Source of the DNA: an uncultured Spirochaetota bacterium
Lineage (GTDB): Bacteria; Spirochaetota; Spirochaetia; SZUA-6; Fen-1364
Length of the DNA stretch: 64,000 nucleotides
Direction: 5' to 3'
NCBI GenBank assembly: GCA_963734545.1
Contig: CAVTHO010000001.1
Span: 27,943 to 91,942, forward strand
Shown: in pieces, positions 18,948 through 28,859 of the stretch
Layout of the letters: every line of letters starts with the position of its first letter
Position numbering within the stretch: position 1 is the first letter of the stretch
The notes under the pieces: generated by a model
The model's input: only the letters and a program-made list of their open reading frames with translations
The model's database searches: none
Told to the model about the DNA's origin: nothing
Program-made: the position numbers and the translations under genes

Positions 18948-21424
18948 ATGATACTCCCCTTCTTCAGATCCCGGCGGCCTCCGGACAGGCTCGCAACGAC
19001 GTTCCGATGGCTGGCACCGAAGCCGCTCCCGGTGACGAGGGGGGAGTTCTACACCGCGCAGTACGAGAGGGGAGCGTACACGCTCACCCTGGCAAAGGAC
19101 AGCTTTCTTCGCCTGGGAAACATTCACGAGCGATCAACGGTTCACCGATTTCGTGCTGGAGGCGCAGGTCGAGCTGGATCCGGCGAACGGGCACAGCGCC
19201 GCGGGCGTGCTCTTCCGCCACGTGAACGACGAGAACTTCTACTCGCTCCTGGTATCTTCCCGCGGGAACTATCGCGTGGACCTCCTGTTCAACAATCACC
19301 CCATGCACCTGGTCGAGTGGACACGCCTGGCGGAGCCTGATGCGGCGGAGCGCCCCGGGCGCCGCGGCAGCGCGGACCGTCCGCGTCGTGGCGCACGGCT
19401 CACGGTTCACCTTCCTGGTGGACGATGAATGGGTGGGAGAGATCGAGGACGAGGTCCTTTCCTCCGGCGGATTCGGATTCGGCGCGCAGAACTTCGCCGG
19501 GGCCGGGAAGGGCATTTTCCGCCTGCGGAAGATCAACGTGGAAGCCCGGCCGATCGAAGTGGAGCGCGCGCACCTGCGCTGGTCCTACTATCTCCCCGTG
19601 TCCCCCGCGGTGCGGCTGCGCCTGGCGGAAACCCATTTCGGCTCCGGGCAGCTCCATGCAGCGGCGGTGCAGCTCCGCAAGGGCCTCAAGGATCGGGAAG
19701 GCAGTGTCCGTGAGCACTTCCTGCTTGCAGAATGCTACGGCCGCCTTTCCCTGTACGACGAAGCCCTGGCGGAAATCAAGATCGTTCTCGCGCGGGAACC
19801 TGGTCATGCGCCGGCAAAGCTGGAGAGGGCGAACATCCTGTACCTGTCCAACCGTCTGCTGGAAGCGCGCGAGGTCCTCCTTGCCGATCTTGCCGGGCAG
19901 GTCATTGCGTCGGGGGCCGGAGCGTGGAACCTGCTCGGCAACGTGGAGTACGGGCTGGGCAACTGGCAGAAAGCGGCGGATGCGTACCGGCGCGCGCGGG
20001 AGCTCCGACCCGAGATCGCGTTGTTTGCGGGGAACGCGGCGCGCGCGCTCGAGCGCGCCGGGCAGGTCCAGGAGGCGGTGGAGCTGTATCTGGCTGCCGG
20101 CCGGCTTCTCTTTGCGGAGGAGGCTTTCGACGAGCTTTCCCTGATCCTTCCCCGCGTGCGCGCGCTCGCGCCGGGGCAGCCCGAGGTCCTGGCCCTGGAA
20201 GCCAAGATGCTCTACCGGGAAGGCAAGACGGAAGAGGCGTTCCAGATTCTCACGGGTCTGCAGGAACAGGGGACGGATGACAGCGCCGTCCACTACCTGC
20301 TGGGAATCATCCTGAGCTCCCGGGGGAGGAGGGAAGAGGCGCTCCCCCGGCTCGCCCGCGCGGCGGAGCTGGAGCCGGATTTCCCCCTGTATCAATTCCG
20401 GCTCGCGGAGACCCTGCATTCCCTGGGCAGAGATTCGGCGCCTGCCCTGGAGAGAGCGCTGGCCCTGGCGCCGGATGACCCCTGGACGAACAATCTTGCC
20501 GGTCAGATCCGGATCGAAGCAGGGGACCCTGCCGGGGCCGTGCTTTACCTGCGCAACGCGCGATCGGCGGCGCCCGCGGAGCCGGACATCTCTCTGAATC
20601 TCTCAGAGGCGCTCTCCCTTACCGGCAGGGCCGAGGAAGCCCTGGAGGTCCTGGAGGGCGTCACGACTTCGCCCGAGCTTGGCGCCCGGGCGGCCAACCA
20701 GCGGGGCAATATTCTCGCGCGCCAGGGTGAGCACGAGAGGGCCGTGCACGAGTACGAGGCCGCGATACGACTGGATCCGGAGAACCTCGTCTACAAGGAA
20801 AACTGCGCCTCTGCCTGTCTCCAGATCGACATGGTGCACCGGGCGGAGGAGCTGCTCGCCCAGGTGGAACCCGAGCATCCCTCACCCTCGGTGTACAACC
20901 TGCTGGGAAACGTGGCCATCCTCAAGGGCGAGCGCGCGCGGGCGGAGCTCGCTTTCAACGCGGGGCTCGCCATCGATCCGGGAAGCCCTGAGCTGCTGGT
21001 GAACCTCGCCATGCTGCAGAAGGAAAAGGGCAACCACGAAAAGGCCCGGGAGATGCTCCTGTCGGTGCTGTCGGCGGCGCCGGGCCACGCCCTTGCCCGA
21101 AAGCTGCTGGAGCGGATCCGCGACGAGCACGAGCGCAGGCTCGCGTGCGGCATATGCGCAAGAGAGTGGTGGGTGCCCCGGGACCTCCCGGCCCAGCCCA
21201 CATTCCAGGTGCGCGGGGAGCCTCCGGCAGAGGCGCCAGCGGGCCGGTGCCCGAAATGCGGCAAGGTCTATTGCATCGGCTGCGCGTCCACCCACGTGAA
21301 GGACATGAGGTTCTTCTGTCCCGACTGCGGGGACTTCCTCAAGCTCTCCGACGACGCCCTGAAGTGGCTGGTGGCGCGCTACATCGAGGGATACACGGGC
21401 CGGAGCGCCACGTCGCTGCCCTAG
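18948..21424 (+). CDS. TPR-repeat protein with N-terminal beta-rich domain and C-terminal Cys8 zinc finger; two frameshifts (~19105, ~19350)
   Basis: Three overlapping ORFs (18948, 19153, 19340) join into one continuous protein; many TPR units; CGIC...CPKC-x4-CIGC...CPDC. Confidence 0.8.
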
Positions 21425-21482
21425 CCACGGATGGCCGAAAGGCCGACCGTAGACGGGTGCGTTGCAACAAACATGGGCGTCC

Positions 21483-21510
21483 TTGACAAAGGCGGTCCCA
21501 TCGGTACTAT
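21483..21510 (+). promoter_or_regulatory. sigma70-type promoter for lolA-rodZ-rimO
   Basis: TTGACA, 16 bp, TACTAT. Confidence 0.55.
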
Positions 21511-21520
21511 GGGTGCAGCC

Positions 21521-22201
21521 TTGAACCGGATAATTGCGCTTCCCTTCATTTTCCTGCTGCTCGTTCCTGCTGCCGCTTTCCCGCAGTCCGCGGACCTGGT
21601 GTCGGCGGAAAAATACTTTGCCTCCATTTCCGCCGGCTACCAGAAAGTGAAGGACTACGAGGCCCTCATTACGATCACGCAGGGGAAGACCTTGTCCCGC
21701 GGCAAGCTTTCCTACAAATCGCCCATGTACCTCCGCATCGACTTCGACGATCCTCCCAAGGAAGTGCTCAATTTCGACGGGGAGAAGCTCACATTCTACT
21801 CACCGGCGAACGAAGTGATCCTCGAGCAGAAGTACAAGAAGAAGACACCCAGCCAGGTCGAGGCCATGGCCACCAGCCAGGGGCTCGCCATCATGCAGCG
21901 CAACTACACCATCGCGTATCTCAGCGGGCCGGCGCCCGTGCCCCTGGAGGAGGGCTCCCGGGAACAGGTGGTCAAGCTGAAGCTCACGGCGCACGGAACC
22001 ACGAGCTTCAGCCAGATGATCGTCTCCATCAAGGATTCCCTCATCCGCCGGGTGGAGGGCACGCAGTCCAGCGGAGACAAGATCGTCATGGACTTCGCGA
22101 ACATCCGCATCAACCAGGGCGTGCCCGATTCACGGTTCGCTTATGACGCTCCGCCGTATGCCAACGTCATTCAAGACTGGCTCTTTGACCCGGAAGAGTA
22201 G
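21521..22201 (+). CDS. lolA: Outer-membrane lipoprotein carrier LolA family
   Basis: Signal peptide; YKSPMYLRIDF, FDGEKL, IRINQGVPDSRF; probable TTG start at 21521. Confidence 0.8.
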   Translation: MNRIIALPFIFLLLVPAAAFPQSADLVSAEKYFASISAGYQKVKDYEALITITQGKTLSRGKLSYKSPMYLRIDFDDPPKEVLNFDGEKLTFYSPANEVILEQKYKKKTPSQVEAMATSQGLAIMQRNYTIAYLSGPAPVPLEEGSREQVVKLKLTAHGTTSFSQMIVSIKDSLIRRVEGTQSSGDKIVMDFANIRINQGVPDSRFAYDAPPYANVIQDWLFDPEE

Positions 22202-22206
22202 GACAT

Positions 22207-23334
22207 ATGGAATCGATCGGTGAAAAACTTCGGCTCGCCCGCGAACGGAACAATCTGACCATCGAGCAGATCGCCCGGGAGACCCACGTGGCCAAGCGCT
22301 TCCTCAAGGCGCTGGAGGACGAGGACTTCTCCGTTTTCCCGGGGGAAACCTACGCAATGGGCTTCCTGCGCAACTACGCGGAAAATCTCGGCCTGAACGC
22401 AGAGGAGCTGATCGGCATCTACCGCAACATCAAGATCCAGGAACAGCCGCTCCCCATGACCGAGCTGCTGGATGCCCAGCCCCGGCTCCCCCCGCGCCGT
22501 CTCATCATCATCGTGGCGGTCGGGGTCATTGTCCTGGCCGCGGCGGGCTGGATCGTCTACCGGGCCGCGACCAGGGGCTCCTCCGCCTCCGCGGCGGCAC
22601 AGAAGCCGCTCGCCGGCGTGGCCACGGATTTCGTGTTCCAGGACGAGGTGCGCACGCAGTGGTTCGGGCAGGGGGACGGAATCGCGGTTCCCATCGCGGG
22701 CAAGAATTACCGCATCGTGGTCGCCGGCATCGGAGATTCCCTCACGTTGAAGGTGCCGGGCGGAACGGTCGACATGGGTCTCGGCAAGGACAGGAGCATC
22801 GACCTCGACGGGGATTCGAAGCCGGAGATCAGGATCGTGTGGAACGATGTGGACCGCACCTCGCCGCAGAAGCGGGTGAACCTGGGCCTGTACCGGACGA
22901 CGGGCCCGGCGGCGGATGCCGCGCTCGCGGCCGCCGGTGACACCTCCGACAATGCCATTCCCCCGGCGGTGCCCTCCGCGTCCACCGCTCCTCCCATGCG
23001 CTCGGATTCATTCAAGCCCATCACCGCGGTCCTCGCGGCGCAGGCAGGGTTTTTCTCGCTGGATTTCACGTTCAAGAACGACTGCCTTTTCCGCTATCTC
23101 GTGGACGAAAAGGACAGGGAGGACCGCTTCTTCCAGAAGGGCGAGCAGTTCTCCATCGACTCCGCGCGGAGGCAGGTCACGATCTGGCTGTCGAACGCCG
23201 GCGCAGCCCGCATGCGCATCCAGGGCAAGGACTACGAGCTGGGAGACCTGGGAGAGGTCGCGACCCGCACAATTGCCTGGCGAAAGGACCCGAACGCGAG
23301 CGGGTATGTCCTCGAGATCACCCCGCTCTACTGA
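22207..23334 (+). CDS. rodZ: RodZ-like HTH membrane protein
   Basis: SIGEKLRLARE...GFLRNYAENLGL HTH, single TM, SNAGA C-terminal motif. Confidence 0.8.
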   Translation: MESIGEKLRLARERNNLTIEQIARETHVAKRFLKALEDEDFSVFPGETYAMGFLRNYAENLGLNAEELIGIYRNIKIQEQPLPMTELLDAQPRLPPRRLIIIVAVGVIVLAAAGWIVYRAATRGSSASAAAQKPLAGVATDFVFQDEVRTQWFGQGDGIAVPIAGKNYRIVVAGIGDSLTLKVPGGTVDMGLGKDRSIDLDGDSKPEIRIVWNDVDRTSPQKRVNLGLYRTTGPAADAALAAAGDTSDNAIPPAVPSASTAPPMRSDSFKPITAVLAAQAGFFSLDFTFKNDCLFRYLVDEKDREDRFFQKGEQFSIDSARRQVTIWLSNAGAARMRIQGKDYELGDLGEVATRTIAWRKDPNASGYVLEITPLY

Positions 23335-24683
23335 TCATCCCGCCCCGGCCGGCCGCACATTCCACGTCGAAAGCCTCGGGTGCGCCAAGAACCAGGTGGA
23401 TTCCGAGCTCATGATCGCGGCCCTGCAGAAGGCGGGGTGGGAGCGCGCGAGCGGGCCCGGGGCGGCGGACGTGCTCATCGTCAATACGTGCGGATTCATC
23501 ACGGACGCAAAGACCGAATCCATAGAGACGAGTCTCGCCCTCAAGGCACGGCACCCCGACAAGAAGGTGGTCATGGCCGGGTGCCTCTCCGAGCGCTACC
23601 GGGAGGTCCTTGCGCGGGAGCTGCCCGAGATCGACGGCTTCCTGGGAAACAGGGATCCCGCTGATATCGTGGAGCTGCTGGAAGGCCGGGGGCCGCTTCC
23701 CGTCCGTCCCGCCGACTCCGCCGTCGCCTTTCCCGCTGTCCCCGCGGAAGTCCCGCGGTCCTACGAGCGCCCCCACCTGCTCTCGTTCCCCGGCAGCGCG
23801 TACGTGAAGATTGCCGAGGGCTGCGCGAACCGCTGCACCTACTGCGCCATCCCGCTCATCCGGGGCGCGCTCGCGAGCCGGGACAGGGGTGAGATCCTGG
23901 CAGAGATACGCGGCCTTCGGGACCGCGGGATACGGGAGCTCATCCTCATTGCGCAGGATCTCGGCTCCTACGGGAAAGACCGCGGCGGGACCGGGCTCGT
24001 GCCGCTTCTTTCCGACATCGCCTCCCTGGAGGGCGATTTCTGGGTCCGGCTCCTGTACATCCATCCCGATCACTTCCCCGAGGACCTGCTCGACCTCGTC
24101 GCCGCCGATGCGCGGTTTCTCCCCTATTTCGACCTTCCCTTCCAGCACGCGGCGCCCGGGATTCTGCGCGCAATGGGAAGGCGCGGGGAGCCCGCGCGCA
24201 ACCTCGCGCTCGTGTCCGAGATACGCGCGCGTTTGCCGCTGGCCGCCATCCGCTCCACGTTCCTCCTCGGTTTTCCAGGGGAATCGGAGGAGGATTTCGC
24301 GCAGCTCCTCGACTTTCAGGACAAGGCGCGCCTGGACTGGGTGGGCGCGTTCACCTACTCACGGGAAGAGGACACCCCCGCCTGGTCCATGCCGGGAAAA
24401 GTGGCGAAAGCCGCGGCGGCGCGGCGCAAGGCGGAGCTGGAGACCCGGCAGGTCCCGATCACTCAAGCGGCCCTCGACGCGCGCGTGGGCACGACGCTGG
24501 ATGTGCTCGTGGAGGAAGAAGTGGCAGGGAGAGGACATGTCCATCGGCAGGGGCTATCTTCAGGCCCCGGATGTGGACGGTCTCGTGGTGCTGATGCGCC
24601 GGCTTTCCCCGGGCACGGTCACCCGCGCGCGCATCACCCGAAGGAACGGCTTCGACCTGGAGGCGGAGATTGCCGCAGGATAG
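23306..24683 (+). CDS. rimO: Ribosomal protein S12 methylthiotransferase RimO; frameshift ~24530 in the TRAM domain; start uncertain
   Basis: SLGCAKNQVDSE, NTCGFI, EGCANRCTYC radical-SAM motif; GRGYLQAPDVDG lies in the next frame. Confidence 0.9.
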
Positions 24684-24705
24684 CCGTTCCTGGAGCGATC
24701 CGCCC

Positions 24706-26904
24706 ATGAATTCAGGGCTTGCCCCCTATTTCGAGATCCTCAATTCCGAGCAGAGAAAGGCCGTCGTGCATCAGGGCTCCCCCCTGCTCATCCTGGCCGG
24801 GGCAGGGTCCGGCAAGACGCGCGTGATCACCACCAAGATCGCGTACCTTGTGGACCGCATGGGCATGAGCCCGCGGTCGATCCTCGCGGTCACCTTCACC
24901 AACAAGGCCGCGGGAGAGATGCGGGAGCGCGTGCTGGCCATCGTGCCCCACGCGCAGGACGTCATGGTGCGGACGTTCCATTCCTTCGGCGCGTGGTTCC
25001 TGAGACGCAATGCGGGCATTGCCGGTCTGGACCCGCGGTTCCATATCTACGACGAGGACGATTCGGTGACGCTCCTCAAGACGATCCTGGGAAAGAACGA
25101 GGACAGGGGCTTCCTGCGAAGAACGTACGAGGAGATCAGCAGGGTCAAGGACCTGGGAATCGGCGCGGACGCGACGCCGGATGAGATCCAGCGTGCAGGC
25201 TGCACGAGCGAGATCTACACCGCGTACGACAAGGCGCTGCGCAAGACGGGCAACGTGGACTTCGGAGACCTGATCCTCCTCCCCCTGCAGCTCTTGAAGA
25301 AATTTCCCGACCTGCGGGACCGGACCCGGCAGAGGTTCCGCGTGGTCCTGGTGGACGAGTACCAGGATTCGAACGTCGCCCAGTTCGAGCTTCTCCGCCA
25401 GTTGTGGAGTCCGGAGACCTACCTGTGCGTCGTGGGGGACGACGACCAGTCCATCTACCGGTTCCGCGGCGCCGAGGTCGGCAACATCCTCTCGTTCCCC
25501 AAGGTGTTTCCGGGGACCGAAATCGTGCGGCTGGAGCGGAACTACCGGTCCACCCAGGCGATACTCGACGTGGCCACGGCAGTGGTGAGCAACAACAAGG
25601 GCAGGCTGGGGAAGACCCTCTGGACCGAGAAGACCGCCGGAGAGCCTCCCCTCGTCGTCTGCCTTCAGGACCAGGATGAGGAGGCTGAGTACTGCGGCAT
25701 GCTGGTACGCGACGGCTTCCCGGGCTCGACCGCCATCCTCTACCGCATGAACGCGCAGTCCCTGCACTTCGAGAAATACTTCCGGGAAAGGGGCATCCGC
25801 TTCCGCCTGATCGGAACGGTGCGGTTCTACTCCCGGGAGGAGGTGAAGGACGCCCTGGCATACCTCTCCCTGCTGCTCAATCCCAACGACGAGGTCTCTT
25901 TCCGCCGGATCTGCAACAAGCCGGGCCGCGGCATCGGCACGGCGAGCGTGGAGAAGATCGTTCAGAGATGGAAAGACGCCGGCGGCGGCCCGGGGGACGT
26001 CGATGCAAAATCCGCCGGGGACGTCGATGCAAAATCCGCCGGGTACGTCGATGCAGAATCCGCCGGGTACGTCGGCGCCGGCGTCGGCGCGGGAGGCCTC
26101 CTCGATACCGGCCGCGCGGCGCCGCACCTTCCCCCTCGGGCGCGCGCGGGCCTCGCCGAGCTTGCCGCCTGCATGAAAGACCTGGCCTCCCAGCTCGAGA
26201 TTGTCCCCCTGCCCGAGCTCGCGCGCGTCATGCTCTCCCGCACCGGACTCTACGAGATGTACCGGACGCGTGATCGTTCGGACGGCACTTCCAAGACCGC
26301 CAACCTCGAGGAGATGGTGAGCGACATGGCCTCCTATGGCACGGGCGCGGATGCGCTGCCCCAGTTCCTGGAGAGCGTGGCCCTGGCGAGCCCGCTGGAT
26401 ACGAAAGAGGCGGAGGCGGAAGACGCCGAGGTGACGCTCATCACGCTGCACAACACGAAAGGCCTCGAGTTCGACCGGGTGATCATCACGGGGCTCGAGG
26501 AGGGGATCTTCCCTCACCAGTCCAGCGGCGAGAGCGAGGAGGACCTGGAGGAGGAGAGACGCATATTCTACGTGGGGATCACGCGCGCCCGGGACCGCCT
26601 GGTCATGACGTGGTGCCTGAGCCGCAGGATATTCGGCCGGACGACGGACATGACGCCTTCCCGGTTCCTGGACGAGGTCCCCGCCGAGGCCGTGCAGAGA
26701 ATCGGGGAGGAAAGGATCGAAGAGGCGGCGGACGACTACCCGGTGGGCGGCGGGGTCTTCCACGACGAGTACGGCCCCGGCGTTGTGGAGAGAAAATGGT
26801 ATGATGACGGCGCCCTCCTGGTGCAGGTCCGGTTCCAGTCGGGGAGGGTGGCGAAGTTTCTCCCGAAGTACGCGCGGCTGGAGCGGATACATCTCGGAGA
26901 GTGA
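24706..26904 (+). CDS. uvrD: UvrD/PcrA superfamily I DNA helicase
   Basis: AGAGSGKT, TFTNKAA, VDEYQD, GDDDQSIY, NYRS, KGLEF, EERRIFYVGITRA. Confidence 0.93.
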   Translation: MNSGLAPYFEILNSEQRKAVVHQGSPLLILAGAGSGKTRVITTKIAYLVDRMGMSPRSILAVTFTNKAAGEMRERVLAIVPHAQDVMVRTFHSFGAWFLRRNAGIAGLDPRFHIYDEDDSVTLLKTILGKNEDRGFLRRTYEEISRVKDLGIGADATPDEIQRAGCTSEIYTAYDKALRKTGNVDFGDLILLPLQLLKKFPDLRDRTRQRFRVVLVDEYQDSNVAQFELLRQLWSPETYLCVVGDDDQSIYRFRGAEVGNILSFPKVFPGTEIVRLERNYRSTQAILDVATAVVSNNKGRLGKTLWTEKTAGEPPLVVCLQDQDEEAEYCGMLVRDGFPGSTAILYRMNAQSLHFEKYFRERGIRFRLIGTVRFYSREEVKDALAYLSLLLNPNDEVSFRRICNKPGRGIGTASVEKIVQRWKDAGGGPGDVDAKSAGDVDAKSAGYVDAESAGYVGAGVGAGGLLDTGRAAPHLPPRARAGLAELAACMKDLASQLEIVPLPELARVMLSRTGLYEMYRTRDRSDGTSKTANLEEMVSDMASYGTGADALPQFLESVALASPLDTKEAEAEDAEVTLITLHNTKGLEFDRVIITGLEEGIFPHQSSGESEEDLEEERRIFYVGITRARDRLVMTWCLSRRIFGRTTDMTPSRFLDEVPAEAVQRIGEERIEEAADDYPVGGGVFHDEYGPGVVERKWYDDGALLVQVRFQSGRVAKFLPKYARLERIHLGE
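25993..26074 (+). repeat. In-frame 24-bp tandem repeat (~3.4 copies) inside uvrD
   Basis: GGGGACGTCGATGCAAAATCCGCC x2, then GGGTACGTCGATGCAGAATCCGCC and a partial copy. Confidence 0.95.
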
Positions 26905-27696
26905 AGATCGGACGGTACATGAGAGACGTGCAAGGCAGCGAGGATTTCCGCAATGTGCCCATCCAGAAGGTAGGGATCCGACAGATCCGCTACCCCATCA
27001 CGGTGCGCGACAAGAGCCGGCAGAAGCAGGAGACCGTGGCCAATGTGACGCTGTCCGTGAACCTTCCCCATGCAAACCGGGGCACGCACATGAGCCGGTT
27101 CGTCGAGGTGCTCGACCGTTTCAAGGACGAGGTGAGCTACCAGAGCCTGGACCTGATCCTCATCGAGATCAAGAAGGCGCTGCAGGCGGAAGAGTCGCAC
27201 ATCGAGCTCGCGTTTCCCTTTTTCCTGAGGAAGAAGGCGCCGGTGTCGGGAATGGAATCTCTCATGTCGTACGACTGCGTCATCTGCGGCCACGTACGCG
27301 CGCCATCTGGAAATCGCCACGCGGGTGGACGTTCCCGTGCACACTCTCTGTCCGTGCTCGAAGGAGATCTCGACGATTTCCGCGCACAACCAGCGGGGAA
27401 TGGTGGCGATCACCGTGGGCATGACCAAGTTCATATGGATCGAGGACATCATCCAGATCGCGGAAGATTCCGCCTCCAGCCCCCTGTATGCGCTGCTGAA
27501 GAGGGAGGACGAGAAATACATCACCGAGCACGCCTATGACAATCCCCGGTTCGTCGAGGACGTGGTGCGGGAGGTCGCGCTGCGCCTCCAGGCGCTCCCC
27601 GGCCTGCGGTTCCACTCGATCGAGGTGGAAAACTTCGAATCCATCCACAATCACAGCGCGTATGCCGTCATATCCAAGAGGTTCGATGCTGAATAG
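26901..27696 (+). CDS. folE2: GTP cyclohydrolase IB (FolE2); frameshift ~27285
   Basis: [14 protein letters not shown] in the first frame; [30 protein letters not shown] in the second. Confidence 0.88.
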
Positions 27697-28557
27697 TCCC
27701 TCGCCGCCGATCCGGCGGCGGCAAATCCGCCGAGTACGTCGGAGGCAATTCCCCGGATCCGCAGGGCCCGGGGCTTCCGGCTCTACGACGTGCAGGGGAA
27801 GAGGTATCTCGATCTCTCCCGTGACGGGGCTTTGCTCGGACATCGCGGCACCTCGACGCTCACGGCAATGAAGTCCGTCCTGTCACAGGGGCTGGCAACC
27901 GCGCTGCCGACGGCGTGGGAGGCACGGCTGACTGCCGCGCTCCTCCGCCTGTTCCCCGCAAGCCGCTGCGTGCGTCTCTACTCCTCCCGGGACCGGGCGC
28001 TGGAGGCGGTTTCCCAGTATCTTGGAAAGAGGATCGACGGGCGGGAGGTCCATGACCCTGCGCTCGATTCCCCGGCCCAGGATCCGTCCCTGCCGGCGCT
28101 CTGGCGGCCTTTTCTTCCCGTCCCCAAGGGCACCGCCGCCCTCCTGCCCGTGCTGCCGTTCACGCTGTGCGGCGCGCCCGCGCCTGCCTGCTTCCCGAAA
28201 GAGCTGCCCGCTGACCTGGTCCGCTCGGACCCTCTCCCGGGGTTCCTGCTCGCAGGGGCGCTCCACGGCCTGAGCGCGCTCAGGGAAGTTTCTTCGGCCC
28301 GCGCGCGGCAGCAGCCGCGGCTGGGCAGCCCGGCCGTGGAGCGCGCGCTGGACGCCGCCCGCGGATGGAAGCGGACAGGTCCTTACGTGCGCGCCGTCTT
28401 TCCCGCAGCGGAATACGCCCGGGTCCACGCGGAGTTCCTGGCCGCGGGCGTGCTGCTCTGCACGGCCTATCCCGGGCCGAGCGTGCTTCCCGGGGAATGC
28501 TCCCCGGGGGAGACAAGGCTCCTGGCGGACCTCTTCGCCCGGATCCCCGGAGGTTGA
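27686..28557 (+). CDS. Degenerate class-III aminotransferase-like protein; probable frameshift ~27700
   Basis: [20 protein letters not shown]...LLGH is the class-III aminotransferase N-terminal motif; ATG 27686 is out of frame at a C-run. Confidence 0.55.
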
Positions 28558-28559
28558 AA

Positions 28560-28859
28560 ATGGATATCGCCGCGTTCTCCCAGACCATGTCGCACCTCGT
28601 CCTGGGCGCCTTTGCCACGTTCTGCGCAATCCTCCTGTGGTCGCGCACGAGAGACATGGCCTGGACATTCGTCATCATCGGCGCGATCGTTTCCTACGCG
28701 GACATCGCGCTCGCCACGCTGCGGAGCTTCGGCATCCTGGGCGAGGACCTCGTGCGCTACCAGGGAATCCCCGTGCTGCAGATCGCACTCTCCAATATTC
28801 CCCTGATTTTCCTCGGGATAGGGTTCCTGATCGCCGCCTCCCGAAGGGGACGCCCGTGA
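28560..28859 (+). CDS. Small membrane protein (3 TM), hypothetical
   Basis: GGAGG RBS, ATG 28560, hydrophobic 99 aa. Confidence 0.7.
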   Translation: MDIAAFSQTMSHLVLGAFATFCAILLWSRTRDMAWTFVIIGAIVSYADIALATLRSFGILGEDLVRYQGIPVLQIALSNIPLIFLGIGFLIAASRRGRP

